From an uncultured Victivallales bacterium (GTDB lineage Bacteria; Verrucomicrobiota; Kiritimatiellia; UBA8416; CAYSRM01): 64,000 bases of DNA. Below, piece by piece: positions 27,142 through 36,288 of the stretch. Within the stretch, counting starts at the first letter, position 1. Every line of letters begins with the position of its first letter. The notes beneath the pieces were generated by a model. It worked only from the letters and a program-made list of their open reading frames with translations, was not told the origin of the DNA and ran no database searches. A program made the translations under genes and the position numbers. The stretch lies in assembly GCA_964433435.1 (NCBI GenBank), contig CAYSRM010000002.1, positions 1,292 to 65,291 on the forward strand. The letters run 5' to 3'.

Positions 27142-28977
27142 ATGGACAAGGAACTGAAAGTAACTTTTGAGCCTTCCGGCCGCACAGTTTATGTACTGGC
27201 GGGAACAACACTTCTTGAAGCGGCTGCACGGGGCGGATACATCATAGAAACGCCGTGCGGGGGCGCCGGCAGGTGCGGAAAATGCCTGGTTCGAATCACT
27301 GCAGGAGAATGCCCGGCATCTAACCCGAAAGAGTCTGTTCTGTCCAACGAACAGATACAAAAAGGATACCGCATGGCCTGTCAGTGCACCGTCGAAGACA
27401 GTCTCACTGTAGAAATACCGGAGAAATCCCTGTTCCAAACCGCACAGAAGATCCTTTCGGAAAGCCTTCAGAGAGAAGGCGAACTGCGTACCGCGGTTGT
27501 GAAAAAGCCGGTGCAGCTGGAAAGACCCTCACGGTCTAACATACTTTCCGATATAGAAAGCCTGAAAAAAACCATCGGAGAAGTACAGATTGACCTCGCG
27601 GCAACAAGAAAACTTCCTGATGCCTTGCGGGCGGGTGACTATTGGATAACAGTGACGCTCGTAGACAGTACGGTTATTGATGTCGAACCCGGGGATACCT
27701 CGCAGGAATGTTATGGTGTAGCCTTTGATATAGGCACCACCACAGTGGTCGGCACTCTGGTAGACATGATACGTGATAAAGATGTTGCCGTCGCAAGCGC
27801 TATAAACCCACAGACGTCTTTCGGAGACGACGTCGTTTCCCGAATAAAGAAATGCAGGGAAGAGCCTGATGGACTCATCGAACTTCAATCGTCGATAATC
27901 AATGCGGTAAATCGAATCATAGAAGAACTAGCCACAAAGGCCGGCATTCAAGCCCCCCGGATTTGCGAAGGAGTCTTTGCGGGCAATACAACCATGCAGC
28001 AGCTTTTATGCGGCATAACGCCTTTGGCGTTGGGCGAAATTCCTTTTGCTCCGGTTTTTCGTGAAGCTTTCGAAACAACAGCGGCGAGTCTTGGGCTTGA
28101 CATTAACCCTGCGGCAAGGGTCCATCTGTTGCCGCAACTTGGCGGCTTTGTCGGGGGAGACACCGTCGCAGGTATACTGGCTTCAAGGTTGAACGAATAC
28201 AAAGAGCCTGCATTGCTGATTGATGTAGGAACAAACGGTGAAATCGTGCTGGCGAACCGTGGACGCCTTGTTGCCACTTCAGTTGCAGCAGGCCCGGCTT
28301 TTGAAGGCGCAAGAATAACCAACGGCATGAGAGCAACGGCGGGTGCAATTGAAAAAGTCGTGCTTAACGAAGACGTGTTGATAAATGTAATCGGCAATGC
28401 TGCCCCCTCGGGCATATGCGGAACAGGTCTGGTAGACGCAACGGCAGAATTGCTCCGTTCAGGCATCCTGGAGAGCACCGGCCGCATAAAGGACCCGGCG
28501 GAAGCGCCAGAAGAACTTCCGCCGGCTATTCGGGAGCGAATAGTAAAGAACGGTGATCATTCTGATTTTGTCCTTGCCTGGAAGAAAGAATCTTCTACCG
28601 GAGAGAATGTCTGCCTCTATCAAAAAGACGTCAGAGAACTACAACTGGCTAACGGAGCAATCAGGGCAGGAATAAATATGCTGCTAAAAAAAGAAAACCT
28701 TTCCGTCAACGACCTTGGGAAAGTTCTGATTGCAGGCGCCTTCGGCAACTTTATAAGACGCCGGAACGCGAAGCGAATAGGAATGATGCCGGATGTGGAA
28801 CTGGAAAGAATACAGTTTGTAGGAAATACAGCTTCATTCGGGGCCAAAAGGGTGCTTCTTTCGTTGACTGAAAGAAGCTATGCGGAAAGAATTCTGAAGA
28901 TAACCGAACACCTCGACCTGTCACTGAATCCCGAATTCCAGATGGAGTTCGCAGAGGCAATGATGTTTCCCGATTAA
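27142..28977 (+). CDS. RACo-like ASKHA-domain protein with N-terminal [2Fe-2S] ferredoxin (reductive activator of corrinoid proteins family)
   Basis: Plant-type ferredoxin Cys pattern CGGAGRCGKC…C…C at the N-terminus, followed by ASKHA ATPase motifs DIGTTTVVG and DVGTNGEIV (COG3894/DUF4445 architecture). Confidence 0.7.
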   Translation: MDKELKVTFEPSGRTVYVLAGTTLLEAAARGGYIIETPCGGAGRCGKCLVRITAGECPASNPKESVLSNEQIQKGYRMACQCTVEDSLTVEIPEKSLFQTAQKILSESLQREGELRTAVVKKPVQLERPSRSNILSDIESLKKTIGEVQIDLAATRKLPDALRAGDYWITVTLVDSTVIDVEPGDTSQECYGVAFDIGTTTVVGTLVDMIRDKDVAVASAINPQTSFGDDVVSRIKKCREEPDGLIELQSSIINAVNRIIEELATKAGIQAPRICEGVFAGNTTMQQLLCGITPLALGEIPFAPVFREAFETTAASLGLDINPAARVHLLPQLGGFVGGDTVAGILASRLNEYKEPALLIDVGTNGEIVLANRGRLVATSVAAGPAFEGARITNGMRATAGAIEKVVLNEDVLINVIGNAAPSGICGTGLVDATAELLRSGILESTGRIKDPAEAPEELPPAIRERIVKNGDHSDFVLAWKKESSTGENVCLYQKDVRELQLANGAIRAGINMLLKKENLSVNDLGKVLIAGAFGNFIRRRNAKRIGMMPDVELERIQFVGNTASFGAKRVLLSLTERSYAERILKITEHLDLSLNPEFQMEFAEAMMFPD

Positions 28978-29096
28978 AAAAAGCGGCCTGCGTCCGCAGA
29001 AAAAGGTGCTATGCATTGGCAATTGGCCACTTGCCTGCCCGCGCCGTAGCTGCCTGAGCGAAGGATGGTCGAAGATTGGAATGCGCAACTTCGTCT

Positions 29097-30677
29097 TTAA
29101 AGTTTTATGCTGAAGGAAGCAAGGGCGTTTATATCCTTTTCTATTTCCGTTACCAGGGCCTGCGGGACTCGCTGGTTGACTTTCATTATGGCAAGAGAAT
29201 GGTTGGTCCTCGGGTCATGCGGGTTGCGAACATCTTCTATGTTTATGCCTCGCTCCGCAAGCTTAACCCCTATGTTGCCTAGCACACCAGGGCGATCATC
29301 ATAGAGAAACATAACTGTATTCCCGCACGGCTCAAACCATAGCTTGTTGAATTCATTAATCCTGGAGACTATGAGTACGCTTTCAGCCACAGTCCCGCGC
29401 ACACTCGCGTGACGCAACTCACCACCTCCCGCCGTGCTGGTCATGTCAATGGTAATAGAATTCTCGTATCCTTTGCTCTGGTCAACTTTGCGATTGACAT
29501 ATTCTATGCCAACTTCTTCAAGATACGGAGTCGCGGCCTTATGGTCCATGTGCCTGTCAAAGTCCTCGGAAAAACCCGCGATTATAGGTACAAGGAGCCA
29601 GTCACTATAGGGTTCAAGCGACCCGTAAAAACTCGTCTCCAGAAGCTTCAGCGCTGTATTGTGCCCCACAATACACCTGCACAGCTTTGAAAGAGTATTG
29701 GCCAGTGTGCAGAACGTCTCATCGAGTCCCTCGGGAATGCCCCTATTGACGATGAAGCTGGTGATGCCCTTTTCGTCGAAATCTATGAGTTCCTCCGCCG
29801 CTCTCTTTGCCGCCTTGTAGTTGGCTTCATAGGTGCTGGCTCCAAGATGCGGCAGCATCAAGTCGGCAATGTCTGCAACGCTTTTCTTCCCCTCGGCGTC
29901 TTTATCATAAACATCGTTGAGAAAACGCAGATTCTTGTTTTTCTTTGCCTTGCGCAAGGCTTCCTCATTAACTATTCCGGCGCGTGCACAGTTTATCATC
30001 GTGGCATTATCCTTGATCCGGCTCAGAACCTCGTTGTTTATCATGCCACGAGTCTCGTCATTTTCCGGCACATGAAGAGTCACATAGTCGGATCTCTCAA
30101 ACAACTCGGGAAGAGCAACAAGCTGTATTCCCTCGTCTCTGGCCCGTTCTTCCGAAATCACCGGGTCGTAACCGAGAAGTTCAACGTCAAAACCGGACAG
30201 TCGTTTACATACCAGTCGCCCAATGTTTCCGAGCCCAACAACACCAACCGTCTTTCCGGCTATTTCCCGGCCCATATATTGTTTTTTCTCCCACTTGCCT
30301 TCCCTGGTAGAAGGATCAGCCTCAATGATGTGGCGCGCATCTGCCAACATCATGGCTACAACTTCTTCGGCTACAGCGTTGGAATTTGCCCCTGGCGTGT
30401 TCATGACATCAATACCCTTCACACGGGCATGCGTCAAATCTATAGTATTTACGCCGGAACCTGCTCGCACAATGACTTTCAGTTCCGGCAGGGCATTGAT
30501 AATTTCAGCAGTCACCTTGTCGCTGCGAACTATGAGCGCGTACGCATCGGGGTGCTGTTTCACAAGCTCACCGAGCGGGGTAGATTCATCCTGGATTACA
30601 TTGTAGTGTCCGTCTTCCGTTAGAATTTGCCCGGCAACAGCATTCAATTTCGTTGGTATAAGCACTTTTTTCTGCAT
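29097..30677 (-). CDS. serA: D-3-phosphoglycerate dehydrogenase with C-terminal ACT domain
   Basis: 2-hydroxyacid dehydrogenase NAD-binding motif GVVGLGNIGRLV, catalytic His/Glu region and C-terminal ACT domain. 526 aa. Confidence 0.85.
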   Translation of the reverse strand: MQKKVLIPTKLNAVAGQILTEDGHYNVIQDESTPLGELVKQHPDAYALIVRSDKVTAEIINALPELKVIVRAGSGVNTIDLTHARVKGIDVMNTPGANSNAVAEEVVAMMLADARHIIEADPSTREGKWEKKQYMGREIAGKTVGVVGLGNIGRLVCKRLSGFDVELLGYDPVISEERARDEGIQLVALPELFERSDYVTLHVPENDETRGMINNEVLSRIKDNATMINCARAGIVNEEALRKAKKNKNLRFLNDVYDKDAEGKKSVADIADLMLPHLGASTYEANYKAAKRAAEELIDFDEKGITSFIVNRGIPEGLDETFCTLANTLSKLCRCIVGHNTALKLLETSFYGSLEPYSDWLLVPIIAGFSEDFDRHMDHKAATPYLEEVGIEYVNRKVDQSKGYENSITIDMTSTAGGGELRHASVRGTVAESVLIVSRINEFNKLWFEPCGNTVMFLYDDRPGVLGNIGVKLAERGINIEDVRNPHDPRTNHSLAIMKVNQRVPQALVTEIEKDINALASFSIKL

Positions 30678-31053
30678 AAATTCTCCCTTTCAGGATCTCT
30701 TTGTAATTTCACAAATTAAAGTATCTTACCTTCGAGTGAGACATTAATCAAGACTTCACCCTGGATAACCATTCTGACTATGGGTGCCTGCTTATAGCCC
30801 CACATAATACTCCATATTTCCGAACCTCCTTAATCGATCTGGATAATGAGCGAGACAACAATCCCGTCGAGGAAAATTGTAACAACGATTTCGACGACGA
30901 TCAATTCGGATAGCGCTGCAAAAAAAGTGTTTTCAGGAGTTCCTGGCAAAGTCCACTTGTCTTGAATGACCGACCTAGCGCATCGTGAGTTGCCATTCTT
31001 TTGCTGCGGGTTATTCTTGTGCAATCGGACAACGATAATGTAAAGTTCTCTAC

Positions 31054-32040
31054 ATGCGATGGTTTTTATTAATTTTATTCCCGTTTTTACTTGCGCCCGC
31101 TTATGCGCAGGTTGAAGAAGATGGCGGAGATGTTTTGTGGGAAGAAACTCAGGTTCAAGTGCCCGAAAAAAGGGAGCCCGGCTTTTTTAAACGCCCGGAT
31201 AGAGAAAACCCGGCGGCACAGATCGACTATGCAGAGAATCTGCTTGAAAGCGGCAAAATCCGAAAGGCCAAAAGAGCGTTTCTTACACTCACTTATCAAT
31301 GGCCCGATTCTGACGAGGCCCCGAAAGCACAGTATGAATACGCAAAGCTCCTGGTGCGGAGCGGGGCTTATATGAAAGCTTTCAAGGAGTTTCAATACCT
31401 TATCAAGCAGTATCCCGGTGAATTCCCATATAAGGAAACGCTGGACTACCAGTTCAGAATTGCTAATGAAGTTAGGACAGAAAGATGGGGTGACATACTG
31501 TTCCTGCCGGGCTTCTCAACGGCAGAGCGGTCACTGCCATTATACAAGCAAATAGCCGAAAACGGCCCCAACTGGGAAAAAGTCCCTGAAGTCTGGTTCT
31601 ATATCGGTAATGTATACGAGCACACTCATGAGTATGCTGAGGCAATAGAGGCATATGAAAGGATAATATATGGAAATCCGGACCACGATGTTGCACGCCG
31701 CGCAGCCTACAGGCGCTTAAATTGCTTCTACGTCATGGTAAAACGCCTTCCCCGCGATGAAAATATCTATCGCCGGGCAATATCTGCTCATTTCCGGTTT
31801 CTCGGAAAATACCCGGATCATGAGAAATCAGCCCATGCCCGGAAAATGCTTTCTGACCTGAAACAGGAGCTTGAGGATATGCATTATCGCCGGGCAATCT
31901 TTTATGACCGCAATGCCAACAAGATCAAAGCGGCATTGATATCTTACCGGGAATTTCTGAAAAACTTTCCTTCATCGAAAAGAGCTTCAGAAATTAAAGC
32001 ACGCATAGAAGAGCTTGAGGCAACTGTAGAGCAAGAATGA
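31054..32040 (+). CDS. bamD: outer-membrane protein assembly factor BamD-like TPR lipoprotein
   Basis: Signal peptide MRWFLLILFPFLLAPAYAQ and TPR-like helical repeats (YEYAKLLVRSGAYMKAFKEFQYLIKQYP…). Confidence 0.6.
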   Translation: MRWFLLILFPFLLAPAYAQVEEDGGDVLWEETQVQVPEKREPGFFKRPDRENPAAQIDYAENLLESGKIRKAKRAFLTLTYQWPDSDEAPKAQYEYAKLLVRSGAYMKAFKEFQYLIKQYPGEFPYKETLDYQFRIANEVRTERWGDILFLPGFSTAERSLPLYKQIAENGPNWEKVPEVWFYIGNVYEHTHEYAEAIEAYERIIYGNPDHDVARRAAYRRLNCFYVMVKRLPRDENIYRRAISAHFRFLGKYPDHEKSAHARKMLSDLKQELEDMHYRRAIFYDRNANKIKAALISYREFLKNFPSSKRASEIKARIEELEATVEQE

Positions 32041-32606
32041 ACAGCAGGATAGATATGGACAGGAGAAGATACTCCACATCCAGAAAAAACAGTCTGATAG
32101 ATCCCGGTCGAGTTCTTTTTTTGACGGTTTGTGTTGTCTGTGCGGGTCTGGTTGCCGGTTGTGGCTACAGGCTTGGCACATCTCTTCCGCCGGGAATCCG
32201 CACCGTGCACATAAAGCCGTTTGCCAACCAGAGCGAGGAACCGGACGTGGAAAATGCCACAACCAGGGCGGCAATAAGCGAGTTTATCCGGGACGGCACC
32301 CTGGAAGTTGTTGATGCTTCCAATGCAGATGTGCTTCTTCAAGGCGCCATTACGAAATACAATCTGATTCCCCTTGATTATGATGAGAATACTTCCGCAA
32401 CCCCCGAAGAATACCGGCTGGTTCTGACAGCGCACATTAAGCTGGTTCACAGATTAACAGAAGCAGTATTGCTTAATACAACCACAAAAGGTAACGCCGA
32501 CTTTTCTATCCGTGGGGATCTTACTTCGGCAAAAAGAGAAGCGCTACCGGATGCCACCGAAGACCTGGCCCGACACATTGTCGACGCCGTGGTAGAATAC
32601 TGGTAG
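32037..32606 (+). CDS. LPS-assembly lipoprotein LptE-like
   Basis: Lipobox LVAGC|GYRLG, LptE-like size, and position immediately after bamD with ATGA overlap. Assignment from motif and context only. Confidence 0.45.
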   Translation: MNSRIDMDRRRYSTSRKNSLIDPGRVLFLTVCVVCAGLVAGCGYRLGTSLPPGIRTVHIKPFANQSEEPDVENATTRAAISEFIRDGTLEVVDASNADVLLQGAITKYNLIPLDYDENTSATPEEYRLVLTAHIKLVHRLTEAVLLNTTTKGNADFSIRGDLTSAKREALPDATEDLARHIVDAVVEYW

Positions 32607-32611
32607 CGGCT

Positions 32612-32875
32612 TCAAGCCGCGCTACTGAGCTTCTTTGCCGCTCGCGACTTGCGCCTTGCTGCTGCATTAGCTTTGACGGCACCTTTCTTGACCGCCTTGT
32701 CTACAATAGAACACAGTTCCCTGTACGCACTGCTGCGCTCTTCTTCGGAACCGCCTTCTACCGCCACGTCAAACTTCTTCGCTACTGTTCTAATCCGATG
32801 CCGTGCCGCCTTATTGCGGTCGTGCTTTTCCATGGATGTCCGCATTCTTTTTGCTGCGCTTTTTGTATTTGGCAT
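32612..32875 (-). CDS. rpsT: 30S ribosomal protein S20
   Basis: MPNTKSAAKRMRTSMEKHDRNKAARHRIRTVAKK matches the bS20 N-terminus. The ORF-track start at 32902 is an upstream extension. Confidence 0.85.
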   Translation of the reverse strand: MPNTKSAAKRMRTSMEKHDRNKAARHRIRTVAKKFDVAVEGGSEEERSSAYRELCSIVDKAVKKGAVKANAAARRKSRAAKKLSSAA

Positions 32876-33060
32876 AAATATCCAACCTCCCTCAATTTTC
32901 AAGCCACTGAATAGTAGCTAGGATTGAATATGAATCAATGCAAAAAATCAAGTTCCTTAAAAAACAAACAGGTCATGTCGGATTGAAGAATGTCATTTTC
33001 TTCGGGAATCCGCACCAACAGCCACAATGCCGACAGTAACAAAACCACCCTTCATGCGCT

Positions 33061-36000
33061 CTATGCGGGCCCGGCTTTGAGGTCAACCACCTGCGCTGAG
33101 TACGTAAAAACCAGCTTTAACGAGACAACTGACCCTGGAATACCCAGCATCTTCAGAAGCGCCTTTTCGTATAGGGCCATCTGAGATTTATATCTTTTTG
33201 CCATTTCCGCGGGATCCGCACCCCCATCGACTCTGTCGCTCTTGAAATCAAGAATAGTGGCTCCCGATATTTCCCCTTCGCGGTCATAGCTGATGGCGAC
33301 CCTGTCAAACGCCCCGGAAACCAGCCTGCTGTCAAGAAGTAACTCGAACCTTTTTTCCCTCCAGAGCAATTGCTCTCCGGGCCCCTTCCGCAAAACTTCC
33401 TTTACTGCTGGAGATTTCAGGGCGCCGCGAAATTCAGAAAGAACCGCCTCCGCAATGTGAGGAGGGGGGTTCTCTTTTTCAAGCCACTGTTCTACTACAA
33501 CATCTTCGTCTGAATCATCGATCCATTCCACCTTCTCGAATAAAGCATGAATTGCGGTGCCGATTTCCATCGATCGTTTGCGCCGACTATCGAAAACAAA
33601 CGATATGCCACCTGTTGGCTCTTCGCTACGCGATGGCTCCACTCTTTCCAGCTTGTGTTTTCCTATCTTTACTGGTTCGTCTAGTCCTTTTGCGGCTACA
33701 TCCTGTGCTATCTCCGCAGGGGGCAGCTCATTGTACCATTCCCTTTTTCCTGTTTCATAAACAACCCCCATCTCGTGTTTTCCGATGCGCGCCCGAACAG
33801 AATTGTCAACTCCCGCCTTACCGGAAAGACGACTGCATAGAAATGCCCCGGCAGTATGTTTCCCTGCATCCTGCAGCGTTACCATGTATAAGGCACGTTT
33901 GGCGCGCGTGAGCCCCACGTAAAGCGTACATAACTCCCCATAACACCGCCTCGCTCTTTCCGTCTCGAGCGCTTCGGTTAAAACCGGATCGCCTTCGACT
34001 ATCACCCTGCGAGGCATTTTCAGCAGCCAGTCGGGGTCCTCCTGCCGGCCGCCCACCAGAAGTTTATCGAGCCTGGGCCTGAAAAGTGCATTGCCGAGAA
34101 GATCAGGCAATATAACAACATCAAAATCAAGCCCCTTGGCCTGGTGAAAAGTCATAACCCGTACCGCGGAAATCGTGGCCTCCTCGTGCCGCGTATAATT
34201 GTCAATAAAACTGAGGAACGCGTTGCAGTCCGGATCATGAGAAGCATCAAATTCACCTGCCGCTATGTTAAGGTCTTCAATGCGCAAGCGCGCAAAATCA
34301 TCAAGTTTAACGGTCTCACGAAGAACCAGACTCCAGTAAATCACAAATTTGCGGAAACCTTCGTTATGGATCATATTCTGAAGTTTCAGCGCAGTATTTG
34401 CCCTGGTAAAACTATGCTCCCGCAGCTTTTCTGCAAGAGGACTCATCTCAATGTGCCGCCACGAAGCGCTATCTCCCGGGTGCGCCGCAATCCGAACAAG
34501 AGAAAGAATAAGCTCCACAACCGCATTATCGCGAATAGCGGCCTTCCCCTCGTTTACAACAGGCATCTGCGGGCATTCGCTCCGCAGGATATTCACAAGC
34601 TCCTTGCCTTCCTTGTTTGTCCTTACCAGGACGGCCACAGACAGGCCCCTCTCAAGAGGACTGGTTTGATTGATAAGAGCCGCAACCGACTGGTAAACAG
34701 ATACTCCTGACTCGTCCATGTTTCCCTTTTTCGGGACCGTAAGCATGCAAGCATAGCCGGTCTCCGGGACATGATGTATATTGGAAGAATGCGGGAACCA
34801 GTGCATGTTCCATTCATCAACCGCCTCGGGAGGCAATCCGGCAGATTCCAGGTTATCGAACACAGAGTTTACCGTATCAATTACCGGTTGCGCCGATCTG
34901 AATGATTCAGTGAGCGGCACTTGCTCAATGTTGCCGCCGAACCGGTTAAGCAAACGCCGGAAAAGCTTATGGTTTCCGCCCCGCCAGCCATAGATGGCCT
35001 GCTTTACATCGCCTACATAGAAGAAACTGCGTTGGCCGGTTGTGTCCTGAATTACTTCATCGGCGAGGTTTGCCAGCGCATTCCATTGCAAATTGCTGGT
35101 GTCCTGGAATTCGTCCAGGAGCCAGTGATCAAGTCTACAGTTGAGCCTGTAATCTATGTAGAGTCTGTTAAAAGCATCAGCAGTCCGGCTTATTTGCACA
35201 CCCCCGGATTCGGCCCTGCTCAGCAAATGCTGAGCGTCTTCGAATGTAAGATTGCCGACAGCCAGAGAGATGTTATTATATACACGAGAATAGTGATCGA
35301 GAACCTTGTAAAGGCCTTTTGTCTGGTTTATGCACCTGTCTATTTCCACCCTCATTATGTTCGAAAGAAGTTTGAAAAGATTTCCGGAAATCTGTCCGGG
35401 AACGTGATACTCCTTGCGGTTATAGTGTAGATTGGCGCTTTTTCCATTAAGAGATGCGATTAGTGACATGAGTTCTTTAAAAATCACGTTCTCTATACTG
35501 CCGTCCCAAAGTGAACTCGTGTTGTAGTTGGCCGCAAAATCAACGATTTTTTCCAGCCCTTCAATCATTTTATCCGGTGCGCGCAGATCTTTTGCCCACT
35601 CTTTAATTGTGTCTTCCGCCTGCCCAAGTTCCCCGGTCTTTTCCTGCCACTGCTTACCCTGCGGCCATATCAGGTCTTCGTTGCCCCATCGCTGAGAGTC
35701 CGGTGCAAGGTCGTAATACGACTTCATCGAGCTTATAAACTGATCCAGGTTCCTTCCCATGTCTTTCTCTTCATAACCGAACGTAGCCTGCTTGAATGCT
35801 TCGCGAAACCGTCTTTGTGCACGGATTCCGACAAGAGAAGGGTTTAATATCCTGCCCAGCACCTTCTGCCTCATGATCTGAGCTGCTGCACCTTCATTAT
35901 CACAAACACGGAAATCGGGGGCAACTCCAAGCTCAAGGGGGAATGCCCGCACTACCCCTATAAGGAAGCTGTCAAGAGTTCCTATATTCAGATTGTGCAG

Positions 36001-36288
36001 GTTGTGCAAAAAGTTGCGCAGACAATCAAGGAAAGTCGGGCAGCCGGCTGTTTTCCTGCCGGTAATAGCTTCAATCTGCTTGACCTTTGCGTCGCTCGAA
36101 GCCGCCTCACAGAGATTGCGCACAACACTCTCGAATATCTCACCGGCAGCTTTCCTGGAGAAAGTCAGGGCACAGATCCGCGCAGGAGAGACGTCTGCAA
36201 GCATCAGATTGATATACCTGTGCGCAAGCTGAAAAGTCTTTCCTGTTCCCGCAGAAGCGGAGATGGCTGTATTCCGTATCGGCTTCAT
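33061..36288 (-). CDS. addA: AddA/RecB-type UvrD-family helicase fused to PD-(D/E)XK nuclease
   Basis: Walker A (SASAGTGKTF), UvrD helicase motifs and a C-terminal RecB-type nuclease motif (…ILDFKSDR…). Start overlaps the stop of the upstream gene. Confidence 0.7.
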   Translation of the reverse strand: MKPIRNTAISASAGTGKTFQLAHRYINLMLADVSPARICALTFSRKAAGEIFESVVRNLCEAASSDAKVKQIEAITGRKTAGCPTFLDCLRNFLHNLHNLNIGTLDSFLIGVVRAFPLELGVAPDFRVCDNEGAAAQIMRQKVLGRILNPSLVGIRAQRRFREAFKQATFGYEEKDMGRNLDQFISSMKSYYDLAPDSQRWGNEDLIWPQGKQWQEKTGELGQAEDTIKEWAKDLRAPDKMIEGLEKIVDFAANYNTSSLWDGSIENVIFKELMSLIASLNGKSANLHYNRKEYHVPGQISGNLFKLLSNIMRVEIDRCINQTKGLYKVLDHYSRVYNNISLAVGNLTFEDAQHLLSRAESGGVQISRTADAFNRLYIDYRLNCRLDHWLLDEFQDTSNLQWNALANLADEVIQDTTGQRSFFYVGDVKQAIYGWRGGNHKLFRRLLNRFGGNIEQVPLTESFRSAQPVIDTVNSVFDNLESAGLPPEAVDEWNMHWFPHSSNIHHVPETGYACMLTVPKKGNMDESGVSVYQSVAALINQTSPLERGLSVAVLVRTNKEGKELVNILRSECPQMPVVNEGKAAIRDNAVVELILSLVRIAAHPGDSASWRHIEMSPLAEKLREHSFTRANTALKLQNMIHNEGFRKFVIYWSLVLRETVKLDDFARLRIEDLNIAAGEFDASHDPDCNAFLSFIDNYTRHEEATISAVRVMTFHQAKGLDFDVVILPDLLGNALFRPRLDKLLVGGRQEDPDWLLKMPRRVIVEGDPVLTEALETERARRCYGELCTLYVGLTRAKRALYMVTLQDAGKHTAGAFLCSRLSGKAGVDNSVRARIGKHEMGVVYETGKREWYNELPPAEIAQDVAAKGLDEPVKIGKHKLERVEPSRSEEPTGGISFVFDSRRKRSMEIGTAIHALFEKVEWIDDSDEDVVVEQWLEKENPPPHIAEAVLSEFRGALKSPAVKEVLRKGPGEQLLWREKRFELLLDSRLVSGAFDRVAISYDREGEISGATILDFKSDRVDGGADPAEMAKRYKSQMALYEKALLKMLGIPGSVVSLKLVFTYSAQVVDLKAGPA

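Noticed and set aside
30830-31024. 64-aa ORF in the serA–bamD divergent intergenic region
   Set aside because: No RBS and no motif. It lies where the two divergent promoters are expected and is likely non-coding.
32603-32630. Imperfect hairpin GTAGCGGC…GCCGCGCTAC between convergent lptE-like and rpsT as a bidirectional terminator
   Set aside because: The stem is interrupted and there is no U-tract on either strand. Plausible but too weak to call.
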